This document shows, piece after piece, positions 40,560 to 55,415 of a DNA stretch of 64,000 nucleotides (positions within the stretch are counted from its first letter, which is position 1; every line of letters begins with the position of its first letter). The DNA lies in assembly GCA_951406725.2 (NCBI GenBank), contig OX597835.1, positions 19,778,001-19,842,000 of the forward strand, given 5' to 3'. The DNA is from Octopus vulgaris (lineage: Eukaryota). The position numbers and the translations under genes are program-made. The notes beneath the pieces are model-generated. The model was not told the DNA's origin, made no database searches, and was given only the letters and a program-made list of their open reading frames with translations.

Positions 40560-41155
40560 TTATAGGATATTTAGTAACGGTTTATATTTTTTAACGAACA
40601 TGCCTTCCTTATCCAATCAGAAGTGGATTGAAGTGTTTCCAGTGCATTGATAGAGAAGGAAAATCTGGTACTTCGGATTTATACCTGCAGGGTATTGATC
40701 TAAGTGCTTGCTGACGGAAATTTTCTAATTTACCTGGTCATGGTTCCCAAAACTTTTGCTTGTGTGCTATCAGTATGTACCTCAACGACAAGCCCGTTTC
40801 ACCAATGCAGTCATCATCCGACGCTGCATATTTGAGAACATAAATTATGTTCTTCGATGACCAGGAAAAGTGATTCGTTATGGTCTATATTTGACCTGAC
40901 TTGAATTTATCTGTTGAAACTTCCATAGGGATGATTAATGTCCCGCAGTTAGGGCGTTTCCTTTTTTGATTAATGAGTTTGTATTTTTGGTGGCCCTGGT
41001 AAGTAACCATTGTACGGATTAGGTTGTTTTTTAAGTTCAAAAATATTATGCGCATCAGTATTTTGCTTTTTAATTCGCAGGACGTTCATCAGGAGCGGGG
41101 TTGTCTGATAGAAGATGTTGCATGTTTCAGTGTTCCTTGGATTGTGTATTGATAC
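40560..41155 (-). pseudogene. Decayed Penelope-like element ORF C-terminus (GIY-YIG endonuclease)
   Basis: Minus strand reads VSIHNPRNTE..RPNCGT..SKNIIYVLKY..DCIGETGLSLR..HKQ..SVSKHLD..KEGMFVKKYKPLLN with stops and frameshifts, matching N+IY...YIGETG..LR.R..H. Confidence 0.8.
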
Positions 41156-41256
41156 TTAAGACAAATTTATGTGTGCACGGCTGTTTTCTCTTATATGTGT
41201 TTCTTTGATGCTTATCTCTTTTCTAAATCCTATCTCGTTTTTTATGTAACACCCTT

Positions 41257-41318
<62 letters not shown>

Positions 41319-41321
<3 letters not shown>

Positions 41322-41537
41322 CCTCGAACACACAAGTGCAAACAAGGGAGACAGAGAAAGGCAGAATGCCACTTATATTTGAACACTATACAAATGTTCC
41401 TTTAAAAAAACGTTTCTTTTAATTTTTCTAAATTTAATTATTTAATCGTTACAGTTGAAAAGGTCTCAAAATGACCGAAACCGGTACTGACATGTTCTTT
41501 ATAAAATTATTTTAGCATTTTCTATTTTGACTTGTTT

Positions 41538-41541
<4 letters not shown>
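41319..41541 (+). mobile_element. (TA)n-flanked element with degenerate hammerhead-like motif (41452-41489)
   Basis: CAG-ttgaaaa-GGTC tcaaaat GACC-GAAAC-CG-GTA-CTG; stems intact, core mutated. Confidence 0.55.
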
Positions 41542-41586
<45 letters not shown>

Positions 41587-41589
41587 CAT

Positions 41590-41735
41590 CTCACTTTCTG
41601 GAGTTAAAATTCCGTCGAAGTCGAGCTTGCTCTCATCCTTTAGGAGTCGATAACAAAAGTACCATTTGAGTACTGGAGTCGAGGAAATCGCGTATCCCAC
41701 TCTCACAAATTTCTGGCCTTGTATCTAGAATGGAC
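41590..41735 (+). mobile_element. SINE family A, degenerate
   Basis: gagttaaaattccgtcgaagtcga..catccttttaggagtcgataa..aaatttctggccttgt. Confidence 0.7.
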
Positions 41736-42873
41736 ATTAATCATCAAGCTATTCATCATTAATCTTTAACTAATTGTTTTATATTTATTTAACACTCACG
41801 GTCTGACATAAGTCGCTGTTGTTTATGCTGTTAGCGTTTCATTTTACTCTCTGCCTTGTGTACAACTATTATAGACACACACTAGTTATTATAACGAAAT
41901 GTTTTCTCTGTTGTAGGCATAGCGAAAACGTTCTGGCATATAATGATAGCTTTAGAGTCTTATGCATCATAGAGTTCAACGTTAGGATGAAATAAACTTA
42001 AACTCAAGCAGCTGTTCCCCTTCATTTTCACTCAACATTTAATGCTATCCAATACAAAACAAGCGTTTGTTCACTGTAATGACCTCCCTAGCGTTCCTGT
42101 AAGTTATTGATATAATCAGCAGCTTTGCGGAAGGTGTTATATTTTAGAATGTCCTGTTCCAATTAGTGGAGATATTTGGCAAAATGATAACATTTCACAT
42201 CATCCGCAGTGATTTGAATTTTGTTATGATACAGAAAATGATAACAATACTCAAAACTAACTGTGTTTCTTCTCCAAATAAAATGACACTTGAGCTTAAG
42301 GTTGTATATCAACAGTTGTTCGTAACCTGAATATTAAACTTTTCATAAGAATATAACGCAAGTGCAGTTGATTAGCACAATGCCACTGCAAGTATATTTG
42401 TTTTCTATATTTCTATATCTACATTTCAAACAATAATATCTATATAAGCTGCACAATCTACGAACAAAAGGGATATGGTTTGGTCCAGCAGAAAGTTTAC
42501 CTGTCGTAATACATTCGGTTTAAGGTCAACATAGCACGAAAGATTGCAGAGGAAACACATGCAACCGAATGTCAGGGAAATAATCGTATTGTGTAATATC
42601 GGAATTATAAGATGGATTACAAAAACCAGAGAGTTTGTTTGTACATCTGTACGAAAGAAAAATTTCTGTGCGAGAAACAAGGATCTCATGTTATAGATGT
42701 GCGACATTCAAAAGAAAAAAACGTGAATGAAAGCTATTTAAAAAGCAAAACAGTGTATGTCACAAAGCGAATTCACAGCCAGTTCGTATATTTCCTTCTT
42801 GCTTACAGAAAAGTACTATCACAAGAAAGCGCTTAGCTTCTCCAGAACCAATATAATCGGTATTTTACATTAG

Positions 42874-43055
42874 TATTTCGTCTGCCGCTACGTTCTGAGT
42901 TCAAATTCCGCCGAGGTCAACTTTGCCTTTCATCCTTTCGGGGTCGATTAAATAAGTAACAGTTATGCACTGTGGTCGATGTAATCGACTTAATCCGTTT
43001 GTCTGTCCTCGTTTGTCCTCTCTGTGTTTAGCCTCTTGTGGGTAGTAAAGAAATA
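42874..43055 (+). mobile_element. SINE A unit-length monomer without 5' head, 15-bp TSD ggtattttacattag
   Basis: TSD at 42859-42873 and 43056-43070. Confidence 0.9.
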
Positions 43056-43074
43056 GGTATTTTACATTAGGGGT

Positions 43075-43660
43075 CGAATGTTTAAGTCCAGGAACATAGT
43101 TTCTCATCGCAGCATAACTTTGTCCATATTCCCAACTGGAAAACTGCCGCCAAACATCAAGATTCATATATAAATTAAACCTGAACGCTTCTACAACATT
43201 TTGCCTCTTCCACTCTTAAAGAACATAGAAACGTAGGAGTAGATGCTGCTACCACTTACTCACTGGATTATAACTCTATGCCTAGTGATACGTCATTTTC
43301 AATTCCAGTGATTTAAATTAGGAACAGTTAAGCTCCGACCATGTCCAAATTGCTCGCCCCTGATGAGGGCCTCTCCAGAGTCTTCAAATACGTAGACTAG
43401 CGAATGTAGAAAGAAGGATATTGGCAGACATTTAACAATGTTTTCCATGAAAATCAGCACTTCATGGGGAATGTAAAATGCGGTTGTCGTCCACGGAAAG
43501 AAATGTGAACCTGAGAAATATATATGATTTACTCTTCGTCATATGGCCGTCTACATTTCGTGAGATATACACCTACCACTTCAGTAGAGATCATTAACAA
43601 CACAGGGAAATGTATGAAGGTGTGGTGACAGGAAGCAAATTTCAGGTCATTCAGAGTCCT
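43075..43660 (-). pseudogene. Possible highly decayed CR1/Jockey-like reverse transcriptase remnant
   Basis: Faint traces of LSP.LF....NDL and ADD-like motifs on the minus strand; no continuous frame. Confidence 0.25.
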
Positions 43661-44282
43661 AGAGGAAATAATTGACCGTGTGTAGTATCGAAATATCAAA
43701 TGTTGTGAGTATCAAATAGCTAGTTATGTATGTAGTGTGGACAACGTAGCTTTAGCTAATTGATTAATACTGTAATCTGTTGGTCTAGTTAAGAAGAAAA
43801 TTCTACAGATGTTTAGATGTTACTAAATATCGTAGAAATACATATAAACTTAAATATACTGTCTCATTAGCGTAACCGAATCCGTATTCAAGAATAATAT
43901 ATAAGGTTTAAAAACTTTGATGATATGGAACGGAAGCTAGAGAGACAGAGATGGCACTGGGATTTGTATGTAAGCGTATATATGTTGTTAAACTGAAAGA
44001 CCAAACATAATCTCTGTAATCTTAGAATACGCACAATCATTAAGACTGTATGTATTTCAAACATTGCAAAATAGTTTACTGTATTTTTTATATATTTCAC
44101 CAATTAAGTAAATAATTATATGTTCGACGTTATCTAGAGACATTTTAATAGATATTGAAGAGAGTAACTGAATTTGCCCTGAGCCACAGGTGAAAACAAA
44201 GTTTATAAACAATATCTAATTATTTTTATTGTATTAAGCTTGTTTATTCCGAGAGTATCAGAAAACTATAATACAATATGAT

Positions 44283-44472
44283 AGTTTCTAATTTGGACAC
44301 AAGAACAGCACTTCCGGGGGAGGGACTAAAGCAACTGGTACTGATTTTATCGAGACCGAAAGGATGAAAGGCAAAGTCGACCCAGGCCGCTTTTCAAATC
44401 AGAATGCAAAGAAGGCCAAAATGCCGACAGGCATTTTGCTCAGAGTGCTAACGATACAGTCCCCTCGCCGCT
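44283..44472 (-). mobile_element. SINE family A, degenerate
   Basis: cgaaaggatgaaaggcaaagtcgacc..gtgctaacgat..ctcgccgc. Confidence 0.7.
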
Positions 44473-45037
44473 ATATATTAAAAAATTACAGTCTGATCTT
44501 GAACCTAACTGAATCATTAAAACTTAACTCTGAGTCTAATTGCTAAAATTTCGCCTTATACTAAACACAGACGTGAGAGGTACTAATTTCTTTAGAAGAT
44601 ATAAAGAAAAGGTAATTAAACTTCAAGTCATATTCTACAGATGTTCAGAAGAAATAGATGGGGTTGATTAAGGAAATATATTATAAAATATGTCTGAGAT
44701 ATCAGAATTGTTATTGCAAGAATACCTCCCATCGTTGTTCTCCGTGACAATTAATGACCTGACGTCAAACAACCTTAGCAAAGAACGATACCGATGCAAC
44801 AACAAAAACTTTTCTCCCTGATTATTAGCTAAATATTAACGAAGCCCGTTGAGTCTATATTTTTTTTTTAAAACACGCCTCTTCTAAATTGTAGACATAC
44901 TGGTCTTTCGTAAATAAATCTGGACATCATTAATTGTATAAATACTGTACACACACATACACAAAAACAGATATATATATATATGCGCGTATACACACAC
45001 ATATATATACATACATATATATGTGTATATACATATA

Positions 45038-45094
<57 letters not shown>

Positions 45095-45285
45095 GAAGGT
45101 ATGAATGTGTGTGTATGTATATATTCATACACACATACGTGCATGTATAGCGACATTCAGATTAGGAAAGAGGAAGGGAGAAATAGTTACATAATATGTA
45201 TGTATATAATTATAACATATATATATCATTATGCATATAAATGTATGTATGTGAGTGTGTATTTTTATATATATAAAAACATATG

Positions 45286-45320
<35 letters not shown>

Positions 45321-46380
45321 TTGTATATATATATATGTATATATATACACACATCTATATACATGTATATATATATATATATATGTATGTATATATATAT
45401 ATATATATATGTTTGTATTCATAATATAAGCTGCCAATAATTGAACATAACAGTAAGGTAACTTAATTGATAAAACATTGAGAAAGAAAAATACAATTGA
45501 TGAAGTGATAATTAGACCATTTCTAAATTTATGCAAGGACTAAGAAAACATACACAGGTAATGAGAGACTGTATGGCTTTGCCACGTTTGCATCAGTACG
45601 GGTATGTGTAAGTAGTCGTCTGTGAGAACGTGTATGCATACCAAAATACAGACACGCTTGAATGTATGTGTGTGTTTGTGCATATGTCTTGTATATGTGT
45701 ATTTATATAATTTGCTAAATGCTCTTATACAGACTAATGGATAACCAGAGAATGGAACATTTATTGCTGACTGTAAATGCGCCTGCACGCAAAATTATAA
45801 CATATAATGACGGGAAACGTGTTATCTTTTCTCTAAATTATAAGTTAGTTATTGAGGCCGGTTACTGACGAAAATTCGCCTGTTTTGCTAAATTACGTAT
45901 TAAAGGATGGCAACTAATATTATTTGCAAAAGAAATTCGAAAGCATGGTATAACCGTTAAATAACAGGGTAATTTTTTTTATTTTTCATTTACTTCGAAA
46001 TTTGTTATTAAATTGTGGTTTTGGCCGTGTTGGTTGCTTTTCTTAGCATGTAAAAATTACATGTTAAAGGGTAATTTAGTGAGACTGAAACTTATGGTTT
46101 GGAAGCAAGGTATTTAACACACATCCACGCCTGCTCTATATAAAATACTAATCGTGCTGATTGCCATTCAATCTTTACTATAATTCATCAATAACTCCAG
46201 ACTATATTATGGATACATAAAAAATTTGATGAAGTAATATTTACGTCATGGCCGAAAAATATATCTTAATATTTCTATACATGAGAATACATACATGAGT
46301 GTGAGAATGTGAGAGTGTGCCTTGTCTCCTTCATATATATATATATATATATGTATATGAAGGAGACACTCTCAAATTCT

Positions 46381-46450
<70 letters not shown>

Positions 46451-47178
46451 AATCATATTAATGTATAAAGGTATGTATATACGTATTCAAGCACACATAT
46501 GTGTAGATAAATATAAATACACACATATATACACACTCACTTTCTCACACACAAACAGCCACGCACATACACATATATCAAATATATATATATATATATA
46601 CATAGAGAGAGAGATTGACAGAGAGAGAAATTGAGAGACTAGTAGGATGATATGCAGATAGATATAAAAAAGAAATTGAGAGAGCGAGAAAAGGAGGGTG
46701 CGAAAGCATAGACGCTAAGACACATAATTATAGACACATACATAATTGTGCATATAAGTATAGATAAAATCCTGTCTTAGCGTCTTTGTTCCTGTGTATT
46801 AAAAAATAATATCTCCATAGTTATCTATGTGAAGGCATATGTATGTATTTTTTTTACCAGTGTACAATGTATATCCAATTTGCACTTAACTACGTGTAGT
46901 TATACGGCTTCAATGTGATTTTACTGCTCACAGCCTAATTGGAAATGAGAAAACCAGAATGTAAGAGTAAATATGAACGTTTTTAATAATATGAAGAACA
47001 ATTAAAAGCAAATTATATATTTCTAGATTTGATTAACGTATAATATATTAAAGGAATGATATTCTACACGTGAGAAAGTGTTTATCGTTAATGCTGTAGA
47101 TGTTACTGTCACGTTGGTTATATATATTTATGTATATGTGTGTGTGTGCTCTGGGGTATATGTATATGTGCGTGCTAG

Positions 47179-47250
<72 letters not shown>

Positions 47251-47291
47251 TAATAATGATAATAATGATAATAATGATAAATGAATAATGA

Positions 47292-47850
47292 TAAATGTCC
47301 TGATGCAGTACCAGGCAGTGGCTCTCATGGCTTCTGATCTTAACTGATTGGAAGTGTTATCATGTACATTGTTTTGTCTTGGTATAAAAGATGGGCTACA
47401 GCAAATATTCTGCTCAATACCACAGATTTGCTTGTCAGTTGTTTGACCTTAACCAGTTGAGCATGTCCCTTAGTGGCTGACGATATGTGCATCTCTGATC
47501 ACGAGCAGAAGTAGTGGGGGAGCATCATAGCCATGTGTTGAGAGGGATTCTTTGGGGTTTGAATAATTCACCTCTGGAAACATGGGTGGTTATTTCAACA
47601 TCCTTAAACAACCCTTATTCAGGGACCTTTTGAGCGGGATAGGCTACTCAACCTGAAGAAAATTTTAACTGAGCCCCACCTGCAAGGTCATGTGCTGTTT
47701 ATCTTGATATGAGATCACCATGTCGCGCACATATGGTTGTGATGCATGTGCCTGGTGTACCTTTATCAGACGGGTAGTCATGATGTGTATATTGGGCTTC
47801 GTATAATTTACCCCAGTGTCACTTTGATGGCATGAACTGCTCTCTCACTC
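47292..47850 (+). mobile_element. ~560-bp non-coding element between (AAT)n arrays (probable R4/Dong 3' UTR or non-autonomous derivative)
   Basis: (AAT)n on both sides; diverged fragments at 1310-1600, 1870-1940 and 23232-23390. Confidence 0.7.
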
Positions 47851-47915
47851 AATGATAATAATAATAATAAGAATAATAATAATAATAATAATAATAATAG
47901 GAATAATAATAATAA

Positions 47916-48849
<934 letters not shown>

Positions 48850-48904
48850 AATAATAATAATAATAATAACAATAATATATATCAGTGATACCTAGCAAAC
48901 ACCG

Positions 48905-49080
48905 TTGTAATAACTCCAGGAATTCCAGCATGGACATTTGGTATATACTAAAAATAGAAGACGGAATGTACCAACAACAAAATTATACCGCGAGTATAAT
49001 TCTTAATGTGTTCGTCTGTACGTCTTTGTATTGATTTAAAAGTAAGAATGTGTGCATCTGTATGTCAGTGCGTGTGCCTA
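48905..49080 (-). repeat. Diverged inverted copy of part of the 218-bp tandem unit
   Basis: cagcatggacatttggtatata..taccaacaacaaaattatacc.cgagtat is the reverse complement of the unit. Confidence 0.85.
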
Positions 49081-49096
49081 GCTGTTAAAATCTTCC

Positions 49097-50447
49097 AATA
49101 CAGCGAAACTAAATCGTAAATCTCCGACCTTAAAACCTTATTGTCTTTAGATAAGTGCACAGATATACAGATGCACACATTAATAATGATACTCGTGGTA
49201 TAATTTTGTTGTTGGTATCTTCCGTCATCTAATTTTATATATACCAAATGTCCATGCTGAAATTCTTGGAATCATTATAACCTTTCAATACTGTGTTTAA
49301 AATGTAATTTCTTAAATACAGCGAAACTAAATCGTAAATCTCCGACCTTAAAACCTTATTGTCTTTAGATAAGTGCACAGATATACAGATGCACACATTA
49401 ATAATGATACTCGTGGTATAATTTTGTTGTTGGTATCTTCCGTCATCTAATTTTATATATACCAAATGTCCATGCTGAAATTCTTGGAATCATTATAACC
49501 TTTCAATACTGTGTTTAAAATGTAATTTCTTAAATACAGCGAAACTAAATGGTAAATCTCCGACCTTAAAACCTTATTGTCTTTAGATAAGTGCACAGAT
49601 ATACAGATGCACACATTAATAATGATACTCGTGGTATAATTTTGTTGTTGGTATCTTCCGTCATCTAATTTTATATATACCAAATGCCCATGCTGAAATT
49701 CTTGGAATCATTATAACCTTTCAATACTGTGTTTAAAATGTAATTTCTTAAATACAGCGAAACTAAATGGTAAATCTCCGACCTTAAAACCTTATTGTCT
49801 TTAGATAAGTGCACAGATATACAGATGCACACATTAATAATGATACTCGTGGTATAATTTTGTTGTTGGTATCTTCCGTCATCTAATTTTATATATACCA
49901 AATGCCCATGCTGAAATTCTTGGAATCATTATAACCTTTCAATACTGTGTTTAAAATGTAATTTCTTAAATACAGCGAAACTAAATGGTAAATCTCCGAC
50001 CTTAAAACCTTATTGTCTTTAGATAAGTGCACAGATATACAGATGCACACATTAATAATGATACTCGTGGTATAATTTTGTTGTTGGTATCTTCCGTCAT
50101 CTAATTTTATATATACCAAATGCCCATGCTGAAATTCTTGGAATCATTATAACCTTTCAATACTGTGTTTAAAATGTAATTTCTTAAATACAGCGAAACT
50201 AAATCGTAAATCTCCGACCTTAAAACCTTATTGTCTTTAGATAAGTGCACAGATATACAGATGCACACATTAATAATGATACTCGTGGTATAATTTTGTT
50301 GTTGGTATCTTCCGTCATCTAATTTTATATATACCAAATGCCCATGCTGAAATTCTTGGAATCATTATAACCTTTCAATACTGTGTTTAAAATGTAATTT
50401 CTTAAATACAGCGAAACTAAATGGTAAATCTCCGACCTTAAAACCTT
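49097..50447. repeat. 218-bp tandem array, 6 full units plus 43 bp
   Basis: Units start at 49097, 49315, 49533, 49751, 49969, 50187 and 50405; only two variable sites seen. Confidence 0.97.
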
Positions 50448-51464
50448 GTTATCTCACCTGATGTGTCATCTATGCACTGTGCGTTGCATCTGGTGTTATT
50501 GCATCGTTCCACGCCCACAAGGGCGCACTTTACCTTGGAGATGAAACAATTGTGGTCGCAATCTAGCAGCTCACCTGCAACGGAGTGGTGTCCCGCCCAA
50601 CTGTGGAAACTATACTCTTATGAAACTGGGAAACCAGCTCTTATGAGCCAAGCACGGCTCGAGAACGAACAAACAAGAAGAACAACGCACATGGAAACAA
50701 GAAAGTTTTAACCAATGGTAATATGTTCAATATTTATGTAAATTGTTCTATAAAACACTGAAACTCTCATTATTCGTCATCATATTACCTAAGTGACCGA
50801 TTGCCAGATTGTAAAAGACATTAAATTTTTCATAAAATATATCTACAGATAAATTTCAACAGAATGTTTGTAATAATGACTATCAAGGGAGAAGAAATGA
50901 AGCAAAATATGATTACATTGTTTTAGATATATCCGTATGATTTCTGTTTATCAAATTCCGAGCAAAGAAAATTTGATAAAAATAGCCGAAATTCTTCGAG
51001 AATGTTTATCTGTTTCCTTTGGTTAGTTTCCAACATATCGTAGAATTCATTGGAGAATAATAGACATCAAAGACGCTAACAGTTATCGTGCCAAAACGAA
51101 AGCCTTTAGAAGACCTTTTATTCAAACATAGTCGATAGAGGTAACAACCTTTTGTGTAGGAGAGATCTTCAAATTAATGAAGCTAATTATACGACAGACT
51201 GAGTTGTTAAAATTACCACAACAATTGTAGCAAATCAATCGTTGCGTAAATTCTCCCTTCACTCTCAATAGATTTGTTTTTCTGTCTTCATGTTTGAATT
51301 AAATCACCACATACGTGCATGCATAGCGATGCAGAGTGGAGTTTCGTTTCGTAAACACGCAGTTAAAAGTTTCTATCCCATGTATGCGGCTGGCGTCTCC
51401 AGTTTCAGTCGATTTTCGTAGACTTTTATTCGATGAGTAAAAACACATATAAACAAACACATTT

Positions 51465-51678
51465 GTGTGTTTGAGTGTCTGTGTTTGTCCCCCTGACAAC
51501 CGATGCTGGTGTGTTTACGTCCCCATCACTTAGCGGTTCGGCAAAAAGAGACCGATAGAATAAGTAGTGGGCTTACAAAAAGAATAAGTCCTGGGGTTGA
51601 GTTGCTCGACTAAAGGCGGTGCTTCAGCATGGCCGCAGTTAAATGACTGAAACAAGTAAAAGGGTAAAAGAGTAAAGA

Positions 51679-51680
<2 letters not shown>
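51465..51680 (+). mobile_element. SINE family B, 3' half
   Basis: Family similarity. Confidence 0.88.
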
Positions 51681-51735
<55 letters not shown>

Positions 51736-51738
<3 letters not shown>

Positions 51739-52048
51739 TTAAATGTAATATATGACAACTATCCGGTAACCATGATAAAACTCTGAGTTTCGGATGTTGA
51801 GGTGGAAATCCACGCCGCCATCTCTTCAGTTATCCGGCCATCGGAAAAATATGTTTTTTTCATGGTATTTTTCCGATGGCCGGATAACTGAAGAGATAGC
51901 GACGTGGATTTCCACCTCGACATCCGAAACTCGGAGCTTTATCATGGCTACCGGATAATTGTCTCATATTACATTTAATGATCGATTCCTCGATTTACAT
52001 AATATCGAGGTCTCTTTCATTCTTACATGTTTTCATACATTTTTATCA

Positions 52049-52051
<3 letters not shown>
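51736..52051 (+). mobile_element. (TA)n-flanked fold-back element (116-bp arms 51736-51851 and 51866-51981, plus ~70-bp tail)
   Basis: Arms are reverse complements with about 9 mismatches; hammerhead-like motifs in both arms. Confidence 0.88.
51774..51834 (-). ncRNA. Type I hammerhead-like motif
   Basis: Minus strand: GATAA-CTGAAGA-GATg..gtgga tt tccac..cATC-c-GAAACTCaGAGTT-TTATC. The plus-strand mirror at 51883-51943 has GCT at the cleavage triplet. Confidence 0.6.
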
Positions 52052-52093
<42 letters not shown>

Positions 52094-52170
52094 CATACAT
52101 ACATAATACATACATACATACATACAAACATACATACATACATACATACATACATACATACATACATACA

Positions 52171-52206
<36 letters not shown>

Positions 52207-53164
52207 TATATGGCATGACAACTAGCAGAAAAGTAGTGTGCATACGAACGTCGCTGCCTCTGAAAACAGGTGTGTGACGAAATGCTTTCTCAAAAAGAAG
52301 CAAGCGACCGACTCCAGCATTTAATTGCATGGCGTTATGAACGTAAGATGCTTCACAAACAATGAAACCCTCACGTGGTTAAAACTGAAAAACAAGAATC
52401 TACACAACGTATTCAATCACAACCTCAGCAGGAAAGGTTTAACATGGCAAGTTGATTCTCATCACAGCTCCACAGACGGAGCAGGAAACGACATGAAATG
52501 CTTTGCGTTAGAACAAGCACGGGATGGGCTCAGGAATCTGATTCCATGGTTTTATGAAGCTAAGTGATACCACAAGCCATGAACCCGTCGCGTTGAGGAA
52601 AACCAAATACAAAAATACTTACACCTCGTGTGCAAAGAGAAAGTCAAGAATTTGTCTGATTTCCTATGAAAGGAAATCGAAAATATTTTCACTTGAAAAA
52701 TTCTCCAGTTGAATATTTTGAAAGAAATCGTGTAGAAACATATTTATAAGGAAAATGTCGAGAAATACATGAAATTAGAAGAGTAGAAGAAAAGAAAGCC
52801 ACGTTGTTAGTATGAATACACAGCAAATGAACGTAAAGAAAATTGATAAATCACAGTAAATAAACATGCTTACGTTTACATATTGCAAACGATGTGTGAA
52901 TTGGTTTATGTGTGCTGATGTTGTTTTTCTCTGTGTGTGTGTGTTTTGTGTGTGTGACAGAGAGAGAGAGATAGTGTGAGCGGTTGTTCGTATATGCGCA
53001 TCTGCGTATGTGTGTGATCTTGAAATGAAATCAAATATCAAGTAAGAAGTCGTGTCTACAGAGTATAGGCATGTCAGTAAAACACACTATATATGAAACC
53101 ACGACCACTTTTTCTTGGAAACATACAAGATGTGTTTGTATACATCTCTATGTGTATGTATGTT

Positions 53165-53422
<258 letters not shown>

Positions 53423-54169
53423 TACGTACATAAATACACATACATACATATATGTATTTATATATATATATGCACATAGAACCACAGCCACATACACATG
53501 TGCATCTTGATACATATGTGCCTGTAGAAACACACAAACTTACATATCTATATATGCACATATCAATGTGTATGCATCGAGATGTCTGTTTTCTACGAAA
53601 ACACTCGTAACTGAGACTAAATAGATACATACGTCAACACATATGCCTTTATATGTTATGAAAATTCTATAAAATGAACAATACGTGTTGATGTGGTGTA
53701 GTGGGGAGCTACCTTTGTAAACTAGGGTTGTGTATTGCAAATACGTTTATACGCTTTGAAACACATTTAGTTATATACATATATATATATCAGAAACACA
53801 CACATCATGAATACATACCATAGTACAATACCAGAGCAGTAGAAAAACACACAAGGATAGCCACAAACAAAACTGACACGCAAAAAGACACACAGACACA
53901 TGTATATAAACATAAAACAGAAAGGGTAAAGCGAAAACTAAGTTAAGTAATGCGCAAAGCAAAATTCGTATAAAAATATTTACAACAAATATATAAAATT
54001 AACAAATTTCTCATTATTCAAATTAGGAAGAAAATTCAATTTCAGTTCCAAAATTACATATTGAGCATATATGAAAATTAACTTTCTCAATTTTGTCTTT
54101 AATAACGATCAAATTTCATTTTAATCCCTGATGTATTATTTATATGTATGTGCATACATACATACATAC

Positions 54170-54303
<134 letters not shown>

Positions 54304-55415
54304 TCCTGAATATGTGTATGTATAGACATATAAACACATGTATAAGGATGGATATATGCATACATATGTATGCACCCATATAAGATTGTGAGTATGCACG
54401 ATGCCCAGTTTGTATATGTCCATGTGTGTGTTTGTATATATGATATATATATATATATATATGTCTGTGTGTGGGTATGTGTGTATATATGCATATGATA
54501 TATATATATATACATATATATATTTATACATATATTTAATATATATAAATAAGCATATATATATGTACATGTATATACATTATACATGCATATATGTGCA
54601 CACACACACACACACACACATATAAATATATATATATATATATACATGATTATCTGCCAGCAACTATCGATTTGTGTGTTCGTATGTGAGATTCCGTCTG
54701 TGCGTCCGTGTCTCTGCATTTGTGCGTGTGTGTTTGTGCATGACAGTGAGTGATGGTGTATACAGGACCGGCTAGTCGAAGCAAGCATGTGTTTCGTATA
54801 CAAGAGTTTTCTGTTCAAAACCGACGTTGCTGTCTTTGGCTATATGTAATGTCCTAGCTCTCCAGGCTAACTGCAATATCTTGAATGACTGTGTGGTAGC
54901 ATCCGTCATCTTTTCAATTCAGCATCCGATAGCAACACACCACTGTTCAGCAAGTTTTTTTTTTATCTCCAGCATTTAGAAATACAGAAGGCCGTATAAT
55001 ATACAAGTAAATTTAAGAATGTAACTACAAGTATCGACTTATACTATTTATAAAGCTTTCAAAAATATGCCGAAGACTGTTCTGAGTGGTCAACAACATA
55101 TATTATATATATATAAATATCAGCCGAAATTGCGTAGATAATCTGTTACTTGACTGATGAAAAAAACTTTGAATAACCCGTCTAGTTTTCTTCCTATCGT
55201 CTATCTAGATGTTTTGTTGTCCTATTTTTGTATCACCTAACTGTCGCATAGTAATATAGGAAGCTGGTAGCGAATTGCATTTTGACTGAATTTTGATGGA
55301 CATACTGGCCAATAGAAACATGGCCAGTGAGAGTTAGAGTTTATAACTGCATATCAAATGCTTAAGTACGTGGATGCGGTTGTTTAAAAACTATGCGTAT
55401 ATATCATCTATGCTG

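Noticed and set aside
43355-43400. ctgatgagggcc as a hammerhead core
   Set aside because: No GAAA after a stem II and no stem I partner.
49097-50447. 218-bp array as a CRISPR array, retrozyme or repeated 76-aa gene
   Set aside because: There are no unique spacers or cas genes, no CUGANGA on either strand, and a unit length not divisible by 3 makes the ORFs a by-product of the repeat.
55150-55185. gactgatgaaaaaaactttgaataacccgtc as a hammerhead
   Set aside because: GAAA is missing and the stems are unconvincing.
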